Shown one piece after another: positions 48,261-58,510 of a stretch of 64,000 nucleotides of DNA. The DNA comes from Dipteris shenzhenensis (taxonomy: Eukaryota), in NCBI GenBank assembly GCA_047967505.1, contig CM106538.1; one strand, written 5' to 3'. Position numbers and translations under genes: made by a program. The notes under the pieces were generated by a model. It did not search any database. It had not been told where the DNA came from and saw only the letters and a list, made by a program, of their open reading frames with translations. Numbering within the stretch: the first letter of the stretch is position 1; every line of letters starts with the position of its first letter.

Positions 48261-51200
48261 AGAATATGGTAGTATCATCGGGACAAGTCGGCCATTTTGC
48301 ATTTCTGGCAACAAGGGTGCTCTGTCCTCAAAGTATAAATTGGTGTGAAGCTTGTCCACTTCACCTTCCCAACCCCAAACCTGGACTAAAGCCACAGCTA
48401 CCCATTCGCTAGAAGGAGATACATATGGACTCAAATCTACCATTCCCTTCGGCGTAAGCCTAACTGACTGTCCCGTCTTGATGGAAGTGCGATACACTGC
48501 ATTCCAACGTTTTCAAGCGTAGCCTCATGAATTCTCTTGAGCAAAGATGAAGAAAACCTTCTCTCCAACAACAGAAGGTCTAATGTAAGATAGGGCTTGA
48601 TGAGCTTTACTTATGACTGGCACCACCTTTTCATAATCGGCAAACTATTGTAGCGCTCCTGCGAGCCCTCCTTCCCTCGCCACACCCTCTACCTCTCTAC
48701 TCTCCTCGCCCACCTCGCCTGCGCCCTCGCCTCGCCCGCCTCGCCCTCCTCACTTGCGCCCTCGCTTCGCCCGCCTCGCCTGTGCCCTCCCTCGCCTTGC
48801 GCTCTCCCTCGCCTCGCCCGCCTCGCCTGCGCCCTCCCTCGCCTCGCCCGCCTCGCCTGCGTCCCCCCGACTTGCGCGCCCCCCCTCGCCCTTCGCCACC
48901 GCCCAGCCTCGCCACCGCCTCCCCTTCACCTCGCCACGCCCTCGCCTCCGCCCTCCGCCCCTTTCCACGCCCTTCCTCCGCCCTCGCCTTCGCCCCTCGC
49001 CCTCGCCCTCGCCCTCGCCTCGCCCTTGCATTCGTCGTCGCCCCCGCCTTCGCCTTCACCTCTCCTTGCCTTCGTCCTCGCCCTCGCCACGCTCTCGCCT
49101 CGCTCGCCGCTTCCCCATCCACACCCAGGCTCCACCCTCGTCTAACTCCTCCCTTTTTGGTGGCAGCCTCTTCCTCATCGGAGTTCTCGCAGTTTGTCTT
49201 GGCGGTATGGCGGCTCCCTGCCCGGAACCGGAGGCCTAGCCGGACCCCCCTCTCCAGAAGCCTACCGCGTGATCTTGACAGAGCAACAGTCGTCCCGGGT
49301 ACAACAGGTTGCCAATGACTTTGCCCACACTTCAGTCTATGGCAGAGTCATTGGACACTCCCCCTCCAGACCAGCCATCAGGGATTGGCTTCAATCCACG
49401 CTTATGTTAGAGGATAGCCACATCGAGGAGGTGGCCCTTATGGGAAGGGGCATCTTCTGGCTTAAACTATCCACTGCGAAAGCTGCGAGCAACCTGATTG
49501 CTGGTTCCCCCACATCGGTGGATGGAAAGATCATCATGATAGTCCCTTGGTACCGAGGATTTAGCGCAGCGGACTTTGATGCTCGCTTCCGCATACCTCG
49601 CCACCCAGTGACACTAGTATTTCCAGGCCTTGCTGCTGAGCTGCGGCCGATAGTCAGGGACCTGGGTTCCCACTTTGGCTGGGTGATGCATGACACTTTT
49701 GTCGACGCGGTCGCTGCGGCAGGAGCTCCCAGAGTGTGGCCGTGGCAAATCCTGCGTCCCTCCCTGCAGTGATTGAGATTGTGACAGATGCTGGCAGCAT
49801 TACTCAGAGCATGGTAGTCACAGGACAGCCTGGCCAGTGCCTGAGGTGTCATGGCTTTGGGCACCTGGCTGCTGCTTGTCCGCGCTTCTCCAGCTCTTCT
49901 CGGCCCCCCCCGCCCCCCCCGCAGCCTCCTCCCCCTCCCTCCAAGCAGCCACGTCAGGAAGAGCAGAGGCAGCCGGAGTCCGGTCCAGAGGTGGTTGGCG
50001 GCTGGACCGAGGTCAGAAGGAAAAGAGGAAAGAATAAGAAGCCTTCTGACAAAGGCAAGGAGGCAGAGGTTACCCAGCCGCTAGCAGCGCCTCAGAGACC
50101 TGACAGGCAGCCGCCTCAGGGTCCAGGGAGAGCTTCTTCTTCGGCTGTAACCCGCCCTCCGCAGCCTCAGGTCCCCCTCCCTCCCGATCCCCAGCTCCCC
50201 CCCACCCAGCCCCAGCCCCTACCCCAGCCGCAGTCCCCTTCTTCCGACCCGCAGCATCAACCCCCGCCTCTTCCTCTTCAGACCTCGCCTCTTCCTCTTC
50301 AGCCCCAGTCCCTGCTCCAGTCCCATCCCTCCTGCCCCGCCTCTCTCAGCTCTTCCGCAGTGCCAGCTTCACCGGTGGTTTCTCAGCCGCGTGAAGCCCC
50401 CACTCGCCCACCTCCGCCCCCCCCGCTAGTTCCTTCCGTGGAGTCTGTGTCGCCTACCCCACAACCTCCTTTCCCTTACCCCAGGCAGGACACCCCGAGA
50501 CTGCACCACCCCTGGAGCAGCCTTCCTTGCCAAATAGCCCGGCCCCCTCAGTTGCAGATTCTGGCGGGCCTCAGCTCCAGGAGAGAGAGCTTCCTCGCGA
50601 CTTCTACAAGGCCGGTCCCTAGGATTACTTGGATGTGGCCGACCTCGGGACCTTCCCAGCTTGCCTCGACATCAGTATCTTCCTGCTCCGTAAAGGGGCG
50701 GATGGGAAGATCGCAGCCTTGGCCCCGAGGGATGGCCCCAGCTTTGCTTTCACTTTTCTCAGCGACGGCACCGAGATTTGGACAGACGACTCGGTCTAGG
50801 AGGCTCTCAGAGAGGCACGCTCAGATCTGCCCCTCGATAGGCCCGACGGGTGCAGGCCGTGCACTTTGGGTTGGCCTAGAGTTGGAGGGCTCCAAAATAG
50901 GAATCCTCAACATCTATGCACCCACAGACCTCCGACGCAGAGCCACCTTCTGGAGGACACTCACAGAGATTCTCCCAGACGTGGATTCGTGGATTGTTGG
51001 AGGTGACTTCAACAATCTGGAGACTTTGGAGGACCAACGAGGCAGAGGACCAGAGTTTACAGGTATAGCTCAGGCAGAGCAGTCCGCTTGGGACTCCTTT
51101 CTCTTCGCAACAAGAGGTAGGGACAGCTGGAGAGACCCGTCCTTCCGCAGATGGCACGGGAGCTTGGACTTCTCATGGGGCTTCCGCAGGGAAGGGGGCA

Positions 51201-54200
51201 CACTTCTGGAGAGATTGAACAGATTTTACATCAGTGATTGGGCCATCAGCAGAGGTGGTCAGGCGGGTGTAGTGCCAGGGACGACGCTCTCCGATCACGC
51301 GCCAGTGCTCTTATCACTAGACTCGGCAGCTCAGTCCCTTCCTCCCCGTTCGTGCAGGATTCCTGATTCCATCTTCTCTAGGGAGGAGGTGCGCAGCAGT
51401 ATCGGTAGCCTTTGGGACAGAGATTGGGGTGGGTGCGTGGATCTGGTAGAGTCGGTGGCGCAGGCTCTACAGGAGTCCAGCCAGATTTGCCAGCTCGCAA
51501 CCCTTCAGGTTCGCCAGGAGTGGTGGGGCAGAGAGCGAGCTCTTCGTAGGGACCTCGCCTCCATTCAGCGGCTCCAGCAGGCAGCTCCGGGTTCGGAGGA
51601 GCTTCGGATCCAGGCCCTTCGAGCCAGAGCCCTTCTTCAGGAGACTCTCTAGGTCGCTCAGAGTTTTCTTATCATGCCTCTCTCTCCTACTGGGCTCGGA
51701 AGGGTGACCGGATGAGCAAAGAGTTCTTCAGGACGCATGGCCAAAGGGTAGCAGGTGACAAGCTCTGGAGTCTTAGGACAGCGGAGGGGCACATCATTAC
51801 GGACCAGGAAGAGGTCTTGGGGTTGACTACCGACTTCTACACGACTCTTTTCCAGTAGGAGCGGCTTGCCCCACGCACTAGACGTTCCCGCGAGGAGGTG
51901 TGGAGGCACATTCTGACCCTTGTTCAGCCCAGCATGCAGGCGACGCTGATGGCACCATTCACCACTGTCAAGATGCAAGAGGCCTTGATGGCCATCGATG
52001 GGCAGAAATGCCCTGGTGAGGATGGGCTTTCTAGAGCTTTCTTCACCTCTTTTTGGGATCAGATCCATCAGCCCCTCCTAGCAGCCCTCCAGAGGATTTT
52101 CAGCAGCGGTCATATGCCAGAGAGCCTCTCTTCGGGATTGATCTGCCTCATCCCGAAGGGGCGAGATCGACAGGAGATCCGTCAGTGGCGCCCGATCACT
52201 CTCCTCACCACGGCCTATAAAATCCTTGCCAAGATGATCAGCGCCAGAGTTCGGCCACTACTTCCTGACCTCATTCATGACACTCAGACAGGCTTTGTTC
52301 AGGATCGCAGTATCCTGGATAATGTCTTCACCTTCTCAGAGGCGACGGAGTGGGCTCAGCACAGCAGGTCGCACTTAGCCATCCTACTTCTCGACTTTGA
52401 GAAGGCCTACGATCGAGTGGACTGGTCCTTCCTGGAGGGTACTTTGGAGAGACTTGGATTTCCAGTGGGATGGATTCAGGGTATCTCAGCGTTATACAGG
52501 ACAGCTTCCAGCAGGGTCATCATCAGCGCCACGATGGGAGAGTGTTTTCGATTGGAGAGATCAGTGCATCAGGGTTGCCCCCTCGCTCCTTACCTGTTTC
52601 TCTTCTTCGCCGAGGCGATGACATACTATCTTCGGGCGAGGTCGACAGGGATCCGGGGTGTTCGCCTTCCCATCACGGAGGACACGGAGCTCCTGGACTC
52701 GGAGTATGCAGATGACACAGCGCTGTATGTTCAGGATGATGAGATGATGCTGGACAGGGTGACACTGGCCTTAGAGGTCTTTTGTTCGGCAGCCGGTGCG
52801 AAAATCAACTGGAACAAATCAGTTGGTTTTCTCATAAACCCTGGGGCTTGCTCACAGTGGGGGAGGTTTTTGGGTTTCAGATGGATCCCGCGGGGGCAGA
52901 CTACTAGATATCTCGGCTTTCAGGTCGGCCTAAACATCATGCCAGCTCAGCAGTTTCTCCCGGTGCTAGATTCCATACGACGGAAGCTGGCTTTCTGGAG
53001 CACTGCTAAGCTCTCTCTTGTAGGTCGTGCTCTTGTAGTCAACCAGGTTCTCCTTGCCACGGCCTGGTATGTGGCCTCTTGTTGGTGCTTCTCGCGATCC
53101 TGCGTGGCACAGCTCAGGAGGATGGTCCGGAATTTCCTGTGGTCTGGGGGGGATGGTCTCAGAGATACCAGAGCCAGGGTAGCCTGGCAGACAGTCATTC
53201 TTCCGCAGTCTAAGGGTGGCTTGGGGGTCATTGATCCGGAGCTTCAGAGTCAGGCCCTGCTGGGCAAGTTAGTTATCCGCGGTTTGACCCCGGGGGGGCA
53301 AACGTGGAAGATGTTACTTCAGCAGGGGATCAGTTCTTGCGTCCCGCGACGAGGCGGAGAGTGGCTACCGTCCCTCCGGTGGATCTTCACCTCTGCACCG
53401 CTTACTCGCCCCCGCTCCCCGCTCATTCGTAGCCTTCTCACGGTTTGGAGGTGACTCCGTCTCAGTCTCCTCCAGGCGCCTCCTAGCACTTAGGAGGAGA
53501 TCGACCGCCAGCCGCTCATCTGGAACGATCAGGTCAGAGATGCCTTGGGCCTTCAGCTGGGGGAGAGGTCACACATCTCGTGGGACGGATGGATGTGGGG
53601 GCCTGCCCGATCCCTTCGAGTTTGGAGGGACACTTACAGACACTTGGAGACCGCTGCTCTAGCAGCCGCAGCCGGAGGTGTCCGTGGAGCTCAGATGAGA
53701 CGCACAGAGATAGATGGCGCGATTCATGCCGGTTGTTTGGTTCCACCCGAGATTCAGATCCTCATGCCTGGTGATGCCCGTTGGCTTGGACAGTTCACCC
53801 CTCGTGGCATCCCACTGGTGGTTGCAGGCAGGCTACGATTGGGATCCAGGTGAGTGGAGATGGCCGGAGGTTGTGGCAGGCTAGGGGCCGACCCCTTTCT
53901 TCGCTTACAGCACGAAACTGGGCAGGAGAGTTCTCGGGAGGATGCAGAGCCGACCGCCCACCCAGCGGCCCAGTTGGTATTCTCAGGGTATTTCCAGGCT
54001 ATTTTTGCAGGCCTTCTCGAAGGCCTTGTGGGAGAGCTGGCGGCCGCGGAAGATCTCCTACTTCCTTTGGCTACTCGCCCACAAGGGTCTTCCAGTGGGG
54101 AGCTGGTTGCAGCAGATTGGTCAAGATGGACTCTGTCAGATTTGTCATGAGAACGAGGAGTCACCAAAGCACTGCCTGTGGAGCTGCACTCGCGCCCAGG

Positions 54201-55100
54201 ACGTGTGGAGGTGGGCCTTCGGGATCCTCACTCGCGCAGCTCCGGAGTTAGGTTTGATCACCTGGGGCGCGTTCTGCTGGTGCAGCACCGCACCTGGCTA
54301 TCATCAGTTGTTCGAGGTAGGCCCGCAGGACCCTATGTTCCTTATCACACAGGGGACTTGGGGGCTGCTTGAGGGCTTCCCGCAGCACTTGGCAGAGGCG
54401 GACACAGGATCTCAAGTGAGACAGCCAGTCTGGGAGATTATTAGCAGCATCGTCGGATGGCACATTTGGACTTCGCGTTGCGCGCAGATCCTCGGTGGTA
54501 CCCCTCTTCCGACTGCCCAGGTCATGGCCGACATCTGGAGCGAGATTATCCACACGCTCAAAGGCCAGTGGGACCAGATCCAGGGGGATTCCCGGGCTGG
54601 CCGGGAGAAGCGGAGACGCTTCCTCCGAGATTGGGGTACGCAGGGCCTCTTCTTCGAGCATACTTCTCAGGGCCTTCAGTGGTGCTACTCACCGCCTCTC
54701 TGGCTGTTTATCCACACCCGCCTGATCCCTCCGTGAGAGAGAGTTTTTTGTTTCCACTTAGGGCTGCGTCCGATTTGTGAACGCAGCCCCATCAGCTGCA
54801 AAACTGACTTTTATGTATCTTGTTTTTTCGAAGTTATATAATCAGCACTGTTTTTTCGGAAAAAAAAAAATCGGCAAACTATTAAGCTTCATGTCACTAT
54901 AGATTTTGGCGTTGCCCGAGTTGTAAGAACACCGGTCATAAAACATGTCCCGGTGAATCCTCAATGGAACGAGTCCTTCCATATCTTCTGCGCTTACGAA
55001 GCTGATCATGTGACCATCAACGTGAAAGATGAACTTCCCATTGTCGGTTGGGTTGTAGTTGGCACAACGCACATTCCAGCGAATGAAGTCCTGTCTGGAG
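48210..55100 (-). pseudogene. Plant TolB-like / DPP6 N-terminal-like (PD40) propeller gene fragment (48210-48649 plus 54869-55100) split by the L1
   Basis: RPSVVGE..WNAVYRTSIKTGQSVRLTPKGMVDLSPYVSPSSEWVAVA..GWEGEVDKLHTNLY, WPTCPDDTTIFFH and WWSVYK match the plant TolB-related family; stops and frameshifts. The upstream part is weaker. Confidence 0.7.
48650..54870 (+). mobile_element. Full-length L1-clade LINE with internal deletion at the ORF1/ORF2 boundary
   Basis: 15-bp TSD AATCGGCAAACTATT (48635-48649 and 54869-54883); C-rich leader; ORF1 with CCHC knuckle; APE C-terminal half (NIYAP, GGDFN, SDHAPV); RT (LDFEKAYD, QGCPL, YADD); zf-RVT (CQIC..HCLWSC); poly(A). Confidence 0.97.
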
Positions 55101-55276
55101 ATGTAGTAGAGGGCTAGTATGATCAGGTAGGTATGATCTTTGCACCAAGAAACACAAGATCAAGTCAAGAGACAAAATCCTTGTTAGCCTAAAATTCCAG
55201 AAGGCGGAAAATGACCCAAGCTAGGGTAAAAGGCCTGAATTGCATTGTGAATGTTCTTGGTCAAGTGAATTACACG

Positions 55277-55868
55277 CATAGTAGCCCGAAACATACTAAA
55301 ACCCGCATTTCGGGGCCCTTAAAAAACCCGCAATGTTCAAAAAACCCTAATTTGCCCCGATTTTGGAAATTATGGTGTTGTATTGCATTTTTTGCCGCCC
55401 GTACGTCTCAAATCACCGCCTATACATCGCCTGTATGCTAAAATCAATCTTCAGCCATACATTTTCCTTTAGCCCGTCTTTGTGCAGCACAGACATGAAT
55501 CATGATTCATGACTTTCTCAATTCTGAAATACGACCATTGATGCTTGAATCTACAATTATGTGTTGTTAATTTTTTGATTTAGAAATTAGTAATATGTTT
55601 CAAGCATCCAATTTCAAGTTCTAAGTGACACATGAAATGTCTGCGCATTATGTTTGCGCATTATGTTTCATGAGTTTTTTTCAAGTATTGGACTTCTGGT
55701 AGTAATAATCTAAAATGTTTTAATATTTTTCGGAAAAAAATGGATATTTAAATATCTTATTATGCACGAAACATTTTTACAAACGTTTCAGGTTTGCCAC
55801 CAAACATTGCCCCGAAATGTCGAAACTCGTTTCAAAACTTGGCGTTTTGAAACTCCTCGCCTACTATG
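55277..55868. mobile_element. Possible non-autonomous hAT-like DNA transposon
   Basis: Inverted ends CATAGTAG...CTACTATG, GAAAC/GTTTC subterminal motifs and an AT-rich core; no 8-bp TSD seen. Confidence 0.4.
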
Positions 55869-56069
55869 CCCACATTTACACCTCCTTCAAGCAGGAAAAA
55901 GGCAACAGGATACAACTCTACCAAGATGCGCACATGTCAAACAATTCCATGCCTCGTATACCTCTCGACCACTCAAATACAAAGACAAGGCAAGTGTAAT
56001 CTGTGCATCCATCCTCTGTCTAAGCTGTCGCACCGTTGGCTCTCTGTCACAACCATGACGGGTCCTCGT

Positions 56070-56320
56070 GGTATGGGAGTCCACATGGTTTGGCTGAAAG
56101 AAATTAGTGATCGAGCTCTAAGAAGAGTCTATCAAGGAGGTCTACTCTTGTGTCCATGATCGGAGTAGACACTCCCGGTGTCTGACTGCCTCGTGAATGA
56201 AGGTGGCTAGGCATCTCTAGTCTGGAAAGGAGAGAAAGTGGGACAATATCCTAGAACTATCTCTGAAGAGGCAATAGAAGCGTCCTCCAATCTCATAGTA
56301 TACAGGGCATCTGAAAATGA
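56070..56320 (-). mobile_element. RTE-like LINE C-terminal fragment
   Basis: IFRCPVYYEIGGRFYCLFRDS..LSHFLSFPD is nearly identical in motif to 11278-11380. Confidence 0.8.
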
Positions 56321-56885
56321 GAGAAATAAAGCATGTCGCAAAAGCATGAAGCGAACATCCACATATATGTACCAAAAAAGCTAACGAATCAGTTTTTTCA
56401 CACATAACATAAGTTCTAAGTGCTCCGAAAGATTGAAGCTACCGACGAATCTGTTTGTTCACATAATTCTCAGCGCTCCGAAAGATTGAAGCTGCCAAAC
56501 TGGAGAGGTTTGGGTCACAATTCTGACTCGATACCTAAGGAAACATTCCTGAAAGAAAAGTGGAATTGTGAAACCATCTTTTAATGTTGTTTCTCCTTGA
56601 AATCCACCGCCAAAGTCCTTGAACAAACAAAGAAAGAGGATTTCGTGAAACCGGAACCACGAACGAGCACTAATGTTCTTGAGGAAAGAGACTTCGATCG
56701 AGAAGAGACTTCACAAATGAAATGCAGGAATAGAACGAAGAAAGAAGATAACATCCTTATCCCTAAAAAATTAGAAATTTCTTTTAAAAGGCTAGAAAGA
56801 AAATGGTCATCCCCGCTTTAGATAGGAATCATTGTCGATGCTATAGGCTGCCCCTAGCCGGGCAGTGCTAACAAACACCAAGCCT

Positions 56886-57383
56886 TCACTAAAGTCCACC
56901 CAAACTATAAACTAGAAAAGAACACTCAATTACAAACAATCACCAATAAATACAACCAATCAAAGAGACCAACCTTGTATTCAATCAAGCCAGCTTGTAG
57001 ATCCATCATTTTCTCCCATCACTCCAGGTTCTACTTCTTGCTACGAGATGATTCATAGTAAGCCATCGGTCCCACATCATATTCTGCTATTACAGTTCTA
57101 GCAGCTTGATGCAGTCTTTCAGGCGGTCACTTATCTCCATAGAGTCAGAGATTTTGGCACTAGAGGCAAAGGGGGATCAAAGGAGCAACCACCAGGCGTT
57201 CACTAAAGTCCACCAAGAACTATAAACTACAGAAGATCACTCGATTACAAGCAATCGCCAATAAAAGCAACCAATCAAAGAGACCATTGCACTTCTCACA
57301 ACCTTGTATTCAATCAAGCTAGCTTGTAGATCCATCATGTTCTCCCATCACTCCATGTTTTGCTTCTTGCTACAGGATGATTC
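56886..57383 (+). repeat. About 170-bp dispersed direct duplication (56886-57055 and 57199-57383)
   Basis: TTCACTAAAGTCCACC...ACCTTGTATTCAATCAAGC...GATGATTCA occurs twice. Confidence 0.8.
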
Positions 57384-57519
57384 AACTCATTTGTTTTTTC
57401 CTCCAAGAAACAAAGAATTTCCTACGTTCCAACTCGTCTTTTGGTAAAACTCAGCTTCTACAAAGATCATTGCTTGCGGATCTTAGAGGAGGGGTTTATG
57501 AACCCCTCAAATCCATCTC

Positions 57520-58464
57520 CCACTTGCATTGAGCATCTTGATCAAGCGATTCCGGGTATCTTCTCACAGGCTATGGGTTGAGATAGGACACGCAAAGGGC
57601 ATTCCACATGAGAGACGGATCTGAGTTTTATTTGGTGTATAGAAGAATGGTACAAAGGAACACTTTGCATTCAAAAGCCCCATGTACTATGAGACCCGTG
57701 GACAGCATCACTACCTAGTAGTGATTTTGGCCCACTCACACAGTTCTCGGCATATCTTGACCAATGACGTGTGGCCACTTTCTTCCACGAGGCCCAGAGA
57801 CAGAGAGATTACCTCATGCAAGCACACAAGAGAGTACAAGAGGGAGCATTAGAGCCCAGTCAGAGGACAATCACGAACTTTCTCTCCGGTGACCAGAGCC
57901 AAGGTCAGCAAGGGCCTAGACATAGTAGAGACTCACAGTCCACAACTCGACAAACTCGACCCCAGGGACAATCACACCATAGACATCTCCTCTCTATTCG
58001 ACGTAGGGAGACACACCACTTGAGTGACGGTAGCAATTGTCAAACATCGGGCTACCTCTCGGAGACTATAGAGGAAGAGGGAGGGACCTGGACAAATTGA
58101 TCATGCTAAGCATCAGCAATGATCCATCACTGATTTTCTTCCCCGACGATACCAGCCATCACCAAATCCAAAGCCAAGATCATCTTGGTCTATTGTCAGT
58201 TGTCTGATGGAGTTGGTCCAACACACGGCATCCATAGGTCCAATCATTCGAATGGATAGCTAACCAGTTGACCAACCGCCAAGGACTTCCTCGTTGTCCT
58301 TTACTTGGGTTTTTCTCTCTCTCATCGATAGCGCAATATAATTACTTTCTCGTCCCAGACACCAGTCTTGGTATGGCTCGTTTGGTGGCCCCACCCGTAG
58401 CTTACATTCTATCTGGGCTTTTTCAATCTCATAGACCCTTCAGTCTTTCATAGACATTAATAAA

Positions 58465-58503
<39 letters not shown>

Positions 58504-58510
58504 TCCTTTC
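57520..58510 (+). mobile_element. Decayed RTE-like LINE 3' fragment with (TTTC)n tail
   Basis: Homologous to element B (10630-11500); hairpin at 58426-58455. Confidence 0.75.

Noticed and set aside
48210-48649. TolB-like sequence as recent bacterial transfer or contamination
   Set aside because: Motifs match the plant TolB-related family, and the fragment is embedded among plant TEs with a TSD-bearing L1 inside it.
49736-51652. 638-aa ORF as a novel zinc-knuckle/endonuclease fusion protein
   Set aside because: It results from a frameshift plus internal deletion; the conserved ORF1 C-terminal domain lies in another frame and the APE N-terminus is missing.
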